Assembly: GCA_030587475.2 (NCBI GenBank) | Contig: JAUQYZ020000012.1 | Location: 1-33,587 of the forward strand | Reading direction: 5' to 3' | DNA length: 33,587 nucleotides | Origin: Candidatus Sigynarchaeum calidifontis | Lineage (GTDB): Archaea; Asgardarchaeota; Lokiarchaeia; Sigyniarchaeales; Sigyniarchaeaceae | Part shown: one piece after another, positions 8,538-17,582 of the stretch | Numbering within the stretch: position 1 is the first letter of the stretch | How the letters are laid out: each line of letters starts with the position of its first letter | Translations under genes and position numbers: made by a program | Notes under the pieces: model-generated | What the model was told of the DNA's origin: nothing | Databases searched by the model: none | What the model saw: only the letters and a program-made list of their open reading frames with translations

Positions 8538-11408
8538 TTAATTCAACGTGAGGGCGAGGGTCTTGATTTCCCATTTACCGAGAGAGACCTTGATCTCACC
8601 CGCCCTGGGATCCCACGAGACCTTTGCTGGTAGCGGGCGTTCGAGGATGTCGGTTTCGGAAACGCTCGAAACGCTGCTCGCGATTGAGGAATCCACCGTG
8701 ATTTTTGCTTCGGCCGGATTTCCCGTGTACTCGACGAGGCGGACCACGAGCAGCTTCGGGTCGACGTGCCCCTTCTTGATCGCCTTGACCAGCACTTGCG
8801 GGTTGTCCGACGAGACCAGCGCCTTGCCCGTGGCCACCGTTCCCTCCGTTCCACAAGGCTTGATGACGATCGGGATCGCGTTGTAGAGGTCGGCACGCTG
8901 GACGACGTCGGTGCTGGGTTTGCCGCTTGCGTCTGTTCGCGTGGCGCCGGCATGCGGGTAGATGGCAAACCGCGTGCGATGCGGGCCGATGTCGGTAAAT
9001 CCGGGCTGAGTCCTGCCTCGCTTTTCCATGTTTACCTTGCGCTCGGGCCGTGCGAACGATTCCCTCGCCGCGTTCGGATACTCGGCAGACTTGAGGGTCG
9101 TGAGCCGGAACACGCTTGGATCCAAGACATCGAAGGCATACTTGCCATCGTTGATGAAGGCGATGCCCCACTTGCCGTCGCCAGTGACCAAGTCCGAGAA
9201 CTTGTGCTGGATCTTCTCCCAGCGTGCCTTGTCCGCGGGCGTCTGGGGCCGCGCGCTGCGCGTGATGATGCAGTACTGGTTGTCCGACTCGACGACCTTC
9301 GCATCCGTGACCGCCGTGTCGAATGCCAGCTTCACGAGCGTGCGTGGGTCGTTCCAGTCCGTGAAAAACTCGCAATAAATCTCGGGCAGGCCATTGAACA
9401 GTGCCACCTTGGTCATGACGAGCTGCGGGCCCCATTCCCGGATGGTCGTGATTTCGGAGACCACGGGTCCTTTTTTCGTGATCGTCGTGCGCGGGTTATC
9501 GTCGCCCCGATATTTCCGGGGATGATTGTTGTAACCGGGCGTGATGTTCCATGCTTGATCATTTGGAATGTCGTCAACGAAGGCCATCGGCACGAAGCTC
9601 GTGCCCTTGAAAATGTTGGACACGCCCGGGACCAGTACCGAGGTCGCCTTGACGATCTGTCCTTGTCTATCCAACGAGACTTTCACGATGCCGTTGTCGA
9701 GCCTGTTGGCATCCCCCGCGGCCACGTCGATGCATGTCGCGAACGCCTTGTCGATCGCCGCCTTGTCGGTGAAGTCCGCGATGAACGAGTCGATGCCCAT
9801 GCCCGCGAGGGAAACGACCGTCCACCACCCGGCCGGCCTGGCCTCGAGCCAGCCAGAGGGCTCCGCGGCGACGGGCTGGAGGGGAGTGGTGGCTCCGTCC
9901 CTGGATGCCTTCAAGATGCCGGCGGGCGGGGCGCCGTTCTCGTCCAGCTGCACGTTCTCCAATGCGGAAACCGGGATGAACAGCCGGGTCTTGCCGGCGG
10001 CGTTGGGATTGAAGACGAGGATCTCGTTCTTTCCTCTAGGCTTTATTGCCTTGCCCACGCTGGCGATGCACGTGTCGAGCAGCTCGTCGCACGAGATCCA
10101 GTCCTCGTAGAGGTCATCGTAGGCCTCGGGAATCGAGCTGCCTGGCAGGGCGTCGTGAAACTGGTTCTTGAGGATCATCTTCCACGTGTCGTCGATCTCC
10201 GCCTTCGGGTACTTGGCACTGCCCTTGAGCTGGGCGTCGACGAGCGCGCACAGCGCCTCGACCGACACGGCCTTGCATTCCAGGCGGCGATTGTTGCGTT
10301 TAACGCGGGAATGCGTCGTGAACGTGCCCTGGTGGTACTCGAGATACATCTCGTCATTCCACACGGGGTACCGGTCGCTGTCCTTGGCGAGCTTGGCGTA
10401 GAGTTCCGCGGCGGTGCCGATGTGGCCTACACCTTGATTTTGAAATTCTATTAATTCGGCGACCTCCTGGCTCGTCGGGCCGTGGCCGCCGTCGCCCGTG
10501 CCGTACCAGAACCCGATGGTCTTGTTCAGCGCGTCGTCGTCCACCGCGTCGGCCAGGTCGTCGTAATCCCTCGTGTAATCGCCGATGTAGGTCGTTCCCT
10601 TCTTGAGCAAGTGCCGGCCGACCTCGTACCGGTAGAAATTGTCCAACGTCCCGAAACCTTGATGGCACTCGTGGCACAAGATTTGCGAGCCATCTGGTGC
10701 CCTCCAGATGAAATTAACAAATGGAAAAGTCGTTTCCTTGTTCCAAGTGAGCTTCATGGTGAAGAAATACTTGGCACCGGACTTGGCGAGGATTTGCGGG
10801 AGGTTCCGGCCATAGCCGAACGAGTCCTCCATCCACTCGATGTCCGGCATGAACCCGAAATGCTGCTGGTAGAAGTACATGCCGTACAACCGCTGGTGGC
10901 AAAAGGCCTCGCCGCTGGGCATCATGCAGTCGGGTTCGACCCACGACCCCCCCACGATGTTGAAAGCCCCGGCCTTGACTTGCTCCTGGATGAGCTTGAA
11001 CAGGGCCGGATCATCCTCCAGGATCCACTCGTATAGCTGCGGCTCGGAGCCCTGGAACTTGTAAACGCCCGGGTAATACTTGGTAGCCATGCGGCATGCT
11101 TTCCGGAAAGTCACGGCAGCTTTTTTGCGTGTTTGTTCGTAACGCCACAACCAGCACACGTCAATGTGCGAATGACACACGAAAATGAAATCTAGGGCTT
11201 TCATGTCGATGCCCGCTTGTTTTTTGTAATATTCTATGCGATTCGTCACGAAATTCTTGAAGGACGGCTCGTTGCGTTCGTCCTCGAACCAAGCATCTTG
11301 TGCTTCGTCGTTATCGTTGTCCGGCTCGGGCATCGCCGACGTGTCGAGGCGCTCCTCGCCCGAGTACTGGCCGATCGGAAACCTGGGTTTTTTTGCTGGC
11401 AATCGCAT
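8538..11408 (-). CDS. Alpha-mannosidase, glycoside hydrolase family 38
   Basis: HSHIDVCWLW, GGSWVEPD..MPSGE, nucleophile motif EDSFGY, YGTGDGGHGP, EMYLEYHQGTFTT, NQFHDALPGSSI, NDGKY, C-terminal beta domains. Confidence 0.95.
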   Translation of the reverse strand: MRLPAKKPRFPIGQYSGEERLDTSAMPEPDNDNDEAQDAWFEDERNEPSFKNFVTNRIEYYKKQAGIDMKALDFIFVCHSHIDVCWLWRYEQTRKKAAVTFRKACRMATKYYPGVYKFQGSEPQLYEWILEDDPALFKLIQEQVKAGAFNIVGGSWVEPDCMMPSGEAFCHQRLYGMYFYQQHFGFMPDIEWMEDSFGYGRNLPQILAKSGAKYFFTMKLTWNKETTFPFVNFIWRAPDGSQILCHECHQGFGTLDNFYRYEVGRHLLKKGTTYIGDYTRDYDDLADAVDDDALNKTIGFWYGTGDGGHGPTSQEVAELIEFQNQGVGHIGTAAELYAKLAKDSDRYPVWNDEMYLEYHQGTFTTHSRVKRNNRRLECKAVSVEALCALVDAQLKGSAKYPKAEIDDTWKMILKNQFHDALPGSSIPEAYDDLYEDWISCDELLDTCIASVGKAIKPRGKNEILVFNPNAAGKTRLFIPVSALENVQLDENGAPPAGILKASRDGATTPLQPVAAEPSGWLEARPAGWWTVVSLAGMGIDSFIADFTDKAAIDKAFATCIDVAAGDANRLDNGIVKVSLDRQGQIVKATSVLVPGVSNIFKGTSFVPMAFVDDIPNDQAWNITPGYNNHPRKYRGDDNPRTTITKKGPVVSEITTIREWGPQLVMTKVALFNGLPEIYCEFFTDWNDPRTLVKLAFDTAVTDAKVVESDNQYCIITRSARPQTPADKARWEKIQHKFSDLVTGDGKWGIAFINDGKYAFDVLDPSVFRLTTLKSAEYPNAARESFARPERKVNMEKRGRTQPGFTDIGPHRTRFAIYPHAGATRTDASGKPSTDVVQRADLYNAIPIVIKPCGTEGTVATGKALVSSDNPQVLVKAIKKGHVDPKLLVVRLVEYTGNPAEAKITVDSSIASSVSSVSETDILERPLPAKVSWDPRAGEIKVSLGKWEIKTLALTLN

Positions 11409-11411
11409 GCA

Positions 11412-11452
11412 CCATTAGTGTAATGGATGTGGTTCATGGCGAGCAGTTTAAA
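11412..11452 (-). promoter_or_regulatory. Candidate alpha-mannosidase promoter: TTTAAA box (11447-11452) and operator-like palindrome CCATTA-gtg-TAATGG (11412-11426)
   Basis: Perfect 6-bp inverted repeat with a 3-nt spacer, about 21-35 nt downstream of the TATA-like box and 3 nt upstream of the start codon. Confidence 0.45.
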
Positions 11453-11632
11453 GCCCCGTATGCGCGAAAAATGAATATGAAAATGCACCAGCGGTGAATG
11501 GTGCCAGACGTGTTGGGGAAAATTAGGCATAAGGCCTCGGAAGGCTTCAAGGGCACCACGCATGCGGTCGAGAATCACCTGAAAAGCACTCACTCGCGGT
11601 GAAGTTCGCGGTGCAGTTCCTTCTCGACACGA

Positions 11633-12091
11633 TCAAGGTGTGAGATGATGTCGTGTCGTGTATGCCAGCCAGTATTCGACCGAGTCGAGGTCGTCGACGG
11701 TTTTCACGTAGTGCTCGATGGGGAAGCCATCCCGCGACCTTTTCTGGATCGTACCTACCGGCGTTTTCACGGTTTCGACAAGCTCTTTATTACTCGTCCA
11801 AGCAGAATATCGCTTGATATCACTCCCGGGCAAGAGCTGCGTGTAGAATGAAGGCAGTTTCAAACATTCGTGCGGGTATCGGATCGATCCCTGGATGCGT
11901 TCGTAGAGCTGGACGGGATCCAGGCCCATGAGTTCATCAGGGACGAACGGCCTAACGCTCGCCGGGGCAGTTGCGGGCGTTATCGATCCCACCTTGTTCG
12001 TGGCGTACCAGTATGTCAGACTAGGCTGCCACGCGGCCTGGTCCACGGGCTGGTGACGCAGAATGCGCACGATGCGCTCTCGGAGATCCAT
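11633..12091 (-). pseudogene. N-terminal fragment of a UroD/MtaA-CmuA (URO-D-like) family protein
   Basis: MDLRERIVRILRHQPVD start and ETVKTPVGTI...PIEHYVKTVDDLDSVEYWL resemble the N-half of this family. Ends at about 150 aa versus the usual 350-400 aa, with no TIM-barrel remainder. Confidence 0.6.
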
Positions 12092-12172
12092 TTGTGTAAC
12101 TAGCGAAAGGGTTATCATGTCTCGGCTGACGCTATTGATCAAATCCCGTATCAAGATAAAAGGTCGTGTGTC

Positions 12173-12538
12173 TTGGCAAAGCCAGAAATTGGCCCCGAAA
12201 ACACGAAGCTGGTTCCCGTCATCGCAGCAGCAGTCCTCGAGAAATACTTGAAGGAGCCGTTCGGCAGTGGTTCCTTCAAGATGACGCGTTCTCTCTACAA
12301 GAATGCCTATATCTTGAAGTATGTCTCGGCATCGGGGAAAGTTCTTGGCTCTGCCGAACTGGTTTCGTTCCAGACGGATTCCGCGAGCAGGGATACCTAC
12401 GTATTGCTATATTCGAGCAATATCTCGGGATTAAAGGAGCCGTTCAAGATGCTCTTTCAGGAAATTGCCGGGAAGATCATCCCCAAAGAAAATGACTTGC
12501 CGTTTTTTGAAATCTTTAGAGGCTCGCAGAACGATTGA
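12173..12538 (+). CDS. Hypothetical protein (121 aa, alpha/beta)
   Basis: Protein-like composition, fills a gap, followed by an oligo-T tract at about 12585-12592; TTG start. Confidence 0.7.
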   Translation: MAKPEIGPENTKLVPVIAAAVLEKYLKEPFGSGSFKMTRSLYKNAYILKYVSASGKVLGSAELVSFQTDSASRDTYVLLYSSNISGLKEPFKMLFQEIAGKIIPKENDLPFFEIFRGSQND

Positions 12539-12683
12539 AATCCGTGTTGGTATCGGACTTTAAAGTAACTTTTAATCAAGAAAATTTTTTTTCATGCACC
12601 GATCGAGAAAAATGGAACGCGTGGGAACGAAATGCGTTCGGAAGAGAAGCGTGATACTGAACGATCCACGCGCAAATCGATTT

Positions 12684-14489
12684 CTAATCGAATTTAGCGC
12701 CACATTTGCGGCATTGCTTTACTTTCGCATAAGTTGCACCGATACCGCCCATACCGAACGAGATCGGCCGCGTCTTGTCCTGGATCACGTTGAACGACGT
12801 GCTGCCACAGCTCGGGCACACGGCGCGGACGCTGCTAGCAGCTGATTCCTCGTATCCTGCTGGGCCATAGTCGGGCTCCGCTTGTTGTTGTTGAGCGGCG
12901 ACCGCCGATGGATGCACTGGGTGGGACGTCTCTTCCCACGAACTTTGAACGACGCGGCGGGCTTGCGCTGGGGGTTGCTGTTGCACCGCCACTTGCGACG
13001 GCCTGGTCGGCCTTGCAGCCTGTTGTGGGGGTGCAGCAGCAGTAGCAGTTTCCTTTGCTTCCGCGCCATATACCGTCCCGCAATTCTTGCACGTGTATTT
13101 TTTAGCGTACAAAAATGGTGGCGTGAACGATAGTGGCTTGTTCTTGTCGTCATCTTCGCGGAAGTTAGTTCCGCCGCATTTACTGCACGTGCGGCCGCCC
13201 CGTGCTTGCGTGGTGGTTTGCACTTGCGCCTCCTCTTGCACGGATTCCGGTTCGGCGGCCTGGCGGGCTTGTAAAGCACGAGGCTGCTGGCGCGCGGCAA
13301 CGGGCGCCGGGCTTTCCTGGAAGCTCTGCGAAGCCGTTGCAGTGAATTTGGTCGTGGCTGATGGCGCCATTACCGGCCTGGCCTCCTCCCACGCGTGCTT
13401 TTCGATGGGTTGCTGGGCCTGCAACACCTCGCCGCCCTTCGTCTTGACCGGCGTGGCGATGATGTCGCGCTCGGGAACATTGGTTGCAGCCGGTTCGATC
13501 TGGATCTGGGGGCGCTCGCGTGGTTGTGGCTGCGGTTCTGGCTCGGGAATTGGTTCTAGTTCGGGCAGTGGCTCGACAACGGGTGTGGGCGCGGGTGATG
13601 GCGCCGGGGCCATGCGGGGTGCTGGTTTAGGAGCGGGCCGCGGCGCCGGCTGTGCTGCCACCGGCTTGGGTGCGGGTGCAGGAGCTGCACGAGGTTGCGG
13701 CGCGGGTTGGGCGACGACAGCAGGTGCTGCCCTGGCCACGGGCGCCGGTGCTGCCACCGGTGCTGGCGCGGGCTTTGCTGCCAGGCCACCCTCCTTGTGC
13801 TGCTTGATCGCGTCCCGCAGCGACTTGGCTTGGTCGAGTGCTTCCGCCATTAGCGGGGATAGGTTCAACGTTCGCGATTGACGGGTAACGATGTTCGATG
13901 CCGCATCGGTCGCCTTCAACACCCACGTGATTTCCTTGATCTTCCCCTTGCCTTCGACGGGCGGGGAGTCGAAGCCGATCTCGATCTTTATCTGGTCTGG
14001 ACTGACGAATTTCGGCAATTCAGGAAGGGCCGCGAGGCGCTTGACCGGCGCTGGCTTCGGCGCGGCTTGCATTGGCGCGGGCGCCGGGGCAGCAACTGCT
14101 GGTCTCGCCCCGATCGGCGCGGGTGCCGGCGCGGCGACGGCTGGCCTGGCCGCGACCTGTGCCGGCGCGGGTGCCGCTACTACCGCGGGACGGCCGGCGC
14201 GAGCCGGGGCAGGGGCTGGTTCCTCGAAAGAGAGCAAGAGCGATTCCTGGACGACGGGCGTCGCTGCGGGTGCGGGTCGGGGGGCAGCTACAGGCTTGGG
14301 CGCAGGTGCCGCGGAGGTGATGTCGAAGCTCAAGTCCATGCTGTCTTGGGAAGCGCGTACCGGTGCCGGTGCCGGTTGGGTTGCCACTGGCTTGCCAAGA
14401 TCGGGCACGGCAAGGCCGAGAGCACCAAGTATTGCATCCCCGTTGGAAATGTCCTCGTCGTCTTTACCTTTCTTGTCCTTCCGGCCCAT
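12684..14489 (-). CDS. Pro/Ala/Gln-rich disordered protein with two C-terminal Cys4 zinc ribbons
   Basis: CSKC..DK..PLSF....YAKK..CKNCG (13080-13187) and CPSC..DK..PISF....YAKV..CRKCG (12702-12818); APAPA repeats; a small folded central segment. Confidence 0.85.
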   Translation of the reverse strand: MGRKDKKGKDDEDISNGDAILGALGLAVPDLGKPVATQPAPAPVRASQDSMDLSFDITSAAPAPKPVAAPRPAPAATPVVQESLLLSFEEPAPAPARAGRPAVVAAPAPAQVAARPAVAAPAPAPIGARPAVAAPAPAPMQAAPKPAPVKRLAALPELPKFVSPDQIKIEIGFDSPPVEGKGKIKEITWVLKATDAASNIVTRQSRTLNLSPLMAEALDQAKSLRDAIKQHKEGGLAAKPAPAPVAAPAPVARAAPAVVAQPAPQPRAAPAPAPKPVAAQPAPRPAPKPAPRMAPAPSPAPTPVVEPLPELEPIPEPEPQPQPRERPQIQIEPAATNVPERDIIATPVKTKGGEVLQAQQPIEKHAWEEARPVMAPSATTKFTATASQSFQESPAPVAARQQPRALQARQAAEPESVQEEAQVQTTTQARGGRTCSKCGGTNFREDDDKNKPLSFTPPFLYAKKYTCKNCGTVYGAEAKETATAAAPPQQAARPTRPSQVAVQQQPPAQARRVVQSSWEETSHPVHPSAVAAQQQQAEPDYGPAGYEESAASSVRAVCPSCGSTSFNVIQDKTRPISFGMGGIGATYAKVKQCRKCGAKFD

Positions 14490-14671
14490 GAGAACGTCGC
14501 TCCTATATAGCGGATATTTAACATATGTAGCTTAAGATTTTAAAAATCGCCTCTCGATAGCGCGCGCCCAACAATCCGCTCGAATTATGCTCACGATCCT
14601 CTGCCCGTGAACGAGAATGAATGCCCGTCGGTAACACGATCATGATGCCGGATGCTGATGGAGGGCATCGA

Positions 14672-15838
14672 TCAAGTGATCATGGTCGGGGGGGATCTCG
14701 CGTACTTCGTAAGGGCAGTTTCATCGATCTTGACTCCCCAACCAGGGCCAGCGGGAACCTTGATAGTTCCCTTGCCGTATTTCAACGGGGGATCGATGAG
14801 GTCGTCCTCGAACATGACATTGCCGAATAATTCGGGGGCGTGCCCGAGAACGTCGTGCCTCGCGGCCGCGACATGCGCGAGCATGGCGGATGCGATGCCC
14901 AGTGGCTGGCTGTGGATGACCGTGCCGAGACCCTTCTTCGCCGCGTAATCGATCATCTTTAGTGCTGGCCTCGTCCCGCCGGGGCGCTCCGCGTTGATAC
15001 CGATAGCCCGGACTGCCCCGAGCTCGACGAGCGAAACATAATCCCGAATCGAGGCGCAACCCTCGTGCGCCATCAAGGGCACGTTGACGCGCTCTTGCAC
15101 GTGCCGCATGCCGAGCACGTCGTTCTTGTCCACCGGCTGCTCGGCCACGTCGATACCGAACTGTTCGATGGCCTTTATGGCCTTGATTGCGTCTTCTGGC
15201 GAGTATGCCTGGTTATAATCGACGCGAAGCCGCACCGACGGGCCGACTGCTTCTCGAATCGCCCTGGAAACTTCTTCGTCGATTTGGATGCTCTTGCCGA
15301 GCTTGTATCTGATGGTCGTGAACCCTGCCTTGCAAAACGCCTTCGCGAGCATTACCATGGTCTTAACATCGGCGAGTGGCACGAGCGCGGCCAAGGCTAC
15401 CTCGTCGATGGTCTTGCCGCCGAGCATCTCGCTGGCCGGCTTCCCGGCGATCTGGCCCGCCAGGTCGTAGCATGCCATGTCGAGTAATCCCTTTGCGATC
15501 TCGTTTTGCGCCACGTTGTTGTCCATCCGGCGCCATATGCGTTCTATATTGGAGGGACTTTCGCCAATTACGTATTTCGCTAGGCCGTGCTCGATCACAT
15601 CGATGATCTGCCCCGGCGTCGCCCCCGATTCCGGCAGCCAGACCAAAACTTCCCCCAGGCCAACGTGGCCGCCGCCCGAGTGCAGCTTGCAGATGACCGC
15701 ATCGCCGCCCTGCCATGGTTCTTCGGTCGGGATCGCCATGCCGTGTTTTCCCTCCCCGGAGCGCATGGTATCTTGCACCCCCTCCTTGAACGGGACGAAC
15801 ACGCGGATCAATTCGATTTTCTTGATCTCGTCTTGCAC
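14672..15838 (-). CDS. Enolase-superfamily enzyme, muconate cycloisomerase/MR-MLE subgroup, with a divergent active site
   Basis: GLGE, GLLDMACYDLAGQIAGKP..MLGG, RYKLG, LRVDYNQAY, EQPV, PELFG, VPAGPGWGV. Confidence 0.9.
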   Translation of the reverse strand: MQDEIKKIELIRVFVPFKEGVQDTMRSGEGKHGMAIPTEEPWQGGDAVICKLHSGGGHVGLGEVLVWLPESGATPGQIIDVIEHGLAKYVIGESPSNIERIWRRMDNNVAQNEIAKGLLDMACYDLAGQIAGKPASEMLGGKTIDEVALAALVPLADVKTMVMLAKAFCKAGFTTIRYKLGKSIQIDEEVSRAIREAVGPSVRLRVDYNQAYSPEDAIKAIKAIEQFGIDVAEQPVDKNDVLGMRHVQERVNVPLMAHEGCASIRDYVSLVELGAVRAIGINAERPGGTRPALKMIDYAAKKGLGTVIHSQPLGIASAMLAHVAAARHDVLGHAPELFGNVMFEDDLIDPPLKYGKGTIKVPAGPGWGVKIDETALTKYARSPPTMIT

Positions 15839-16028
15839 GATCCATTGTCACCTTTTGTTTTTCTTTCATTTTTCTTCGATCCAACGTGCCGCATCGGCAT
15901 ATCCTCCGCGTGAATGGTAGATCGGGAATTCACCGCACGTGCCCGCCACGGCCTGGATACTATCTCGCTAATCATTCGTTTCTACATGACTGCGAGTGCA
16001 TAAAAACTCCCCGCCCTACACACATGTT

Positions 16029-17231
16029 ATGGATTCCGAAAGGAAAGGTCGGTTCTTAGGATTTTACCGGGCTTCCCGGTCGCGGTTCTATTTCATCATA
16101 TTTGGCATACCGATTTACGTCTTCATGGCCTTTGTTTTCGTTTCATACATCGTTTTTTTCACCGTTATGCTGTTCGTACCGTTGGCGATAGTTGCCCTCG
16201 CCATGCTCCCGAGAGCCATCAAGACGAGGAACTTCTACTCGTACGGGCTCAAGATAGGCATCATCTTCATGCTGGTCTTCACGGCCTTGATACCGAACCC
16301 CTGCATATGGGGTCAACAAATTTACCGGCGGCTAGACCACCGGCAACTTCTCATGCCATCCGCACCAGAAGTACAAGCCTTGAACGCCACGTCAAACCTC
16401 TGGCAATACATAAGCACCCGATATGGCGGTGCCACGCCACAAACCTTCAAGACTTGGTCCATACCCACTCAAACTACCCGCATTTTTTATTACATTCGGA
16501 GTATCATCGATTACGAGTACGACATCGACACCAACTACGTGTTCGATCACGTCGCCACGCCTGTAGAAGTGCTCGCGACTGGAAAAGATGATTGCCAAGG
16601 TATTTCTTGCCTCCTCGCGTCGCTCCTGCTCTACATGGGATACAACGCCTACGTGTGCGAGTGCCCGTTCCACTGGTATGTCCGGGTTTTTTACGTGGAT
16701 GAAGGCACGAACCAGACGACCTATTGCGATATCTGGAAGGGAGACACGGAACCCTTTTTCATGTTCAACGAGGTCGAGACGATCTTCCCGCGAGACATCG
16801 CGTGGACGATCAACGCGTCGTTCACCTTCGACTACATCCCGCGCAAGTACTTGGAAATCGTGAACGGCACGAACGGCACGCTCGACCTTTCCGTGATCGG
16901 CTCGTCGTTCCCTGCAACCGATATCCCCGCGTGGGTCGCGTGGGTCGCGATCTTCGGGGTTTGCATGTTAGTCGGGTTCCTGGCATCGGTTTTCGTCAAC
17001 ATTCCGAATTACAAGAAGCTGCGTTGGCACGAGAAGATCATTCCCGTCATTGCCTTCGCGACGCCGCTTTTTTTCGGGTTCTACGGCATTATGCTCGTGC
17101 CCCCCATGGCTTTCTTGTCGTTCGCCTTGCTCATGATCGGCCTCGCCGTGTTCATGCTCGACATTATGCTCGTCGTGAAGTCCATCGTGCAAGCAATCAC
17201 GCGGCTATATAAACGGAATGATAAACTTTGA
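16029..17231 (+). CDS. Membrane protein with a transglutaminase-like (Cys-His-Asp) domain; the ORF track starts at GTG 15996
   Basis: TPVEVLATGKDDCQGISCLLASLL..MGY...HWYVRV...CD; about 3 N-terminal and 3 C-terminal TM segments. Confidence 0.8.
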   Translation: MDSERKGRFLGFYRASRSRFYFIIFGIPIYVFMAFVFVSYIVFFTVMLFVPLAIVALAMLPRAIKTRNFYSYGLKIGIIFMLVFTALIPNPCIWGQQIYRRLDHRQLLMPSAPEVQALNATSNLWQYISTRYGGATPQTFKTWSIPTQTTRIFYYIRSIIDYEYDIDTNYVFDHVATPVEVLATGKDDCQGISCLLASLLLYMGYNAYVCECPFHWYVRVFYVDEGTNQTTYCDIWKGDTEPFFMFNEVETIFPRDIAWTINASFTFDYIPRKYLEIVNGTNGTLDLSVIGSSFPATDIPAWVAWVAIFGVCMLVGFLASVFVNIPNYKKLRWHEKIIPVIAFATPLFFGFYGIMLVPPMAFLSFALLMIGLAVFMLDIMLVVKSIVQAITRLYKRNDKL

Positions 17232-17239
17232 AAAATTGC

Positions 17240-17513
17240 ACGAAGATGATGCCAGCGGGCCTCACACCTATACGGCCGACGTGTCCAGCACGGACGTGGA
17301 AGAATAAGACGCGCAAAAGGTCGATGTCATCGCCAAGACCCTGGCAGGGGCCGAAAAAGATCGTCGCACGGCCCGGGTCATCCATGAAACGGAAAAGCGA
17401 GGATCGTAACACTCCACAAGCACTTGGATTTCAGCTGGAAAAGCCAAGGCCCGGGGGTACGCGATGCGGCCATGGGAATGCTCGATTCCGCGTTCAAGGT
17501 TTTCGATAACTAG
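17240..17513 (+). pseudogene. Possible decayed gene remnant
   Basis: Coding-like pieces in different frames (HTYTADVSSTDVEE*DAQKVDVIAKTLAG; GKARIVTLHKHLDFSWKSQGPGVRDAAMGMLDSAFKVFDN* at 17391-17513), with no intact convincing ORF. Confidence 0.3.
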
Positions 17514-17582
17514 CGTGGAACATCAACTAGTTATTACCGCATTCACGTGATGCCTATAGATCCCACCTGAGTTCTGACGCGG

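Noticed and set aside
6900-10454. Long plus-strand ORFs (322, 386 and 562 aa)
   Set aside because: Antisense shadows of GC3-rich genes, with no protein-like motifs. The same applies to most short alternative-frame ORFs in the window.
12536-12568. TGA read-through giving a UxxC selenoprotein motif (TGA AAT CCG TGT)
   Set aside because: No convincing SECIS downstream, no redox fold, and a stop follows within 10 codons; likely chance.
12615-12675. Structured RNA or C/D box sRNA (cgcgtgg/ccacgcg stem, tgata..ctga)
   Set aside because: Box spacing is too short for a guide and the stems are short; more likely a terminator region between convergent genes.
15907-15935. gtgaat/attcac inverted repeat resembling the IS end
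   Set aside because: Only 6 bp, with no other element features; not distinguishable from chance.
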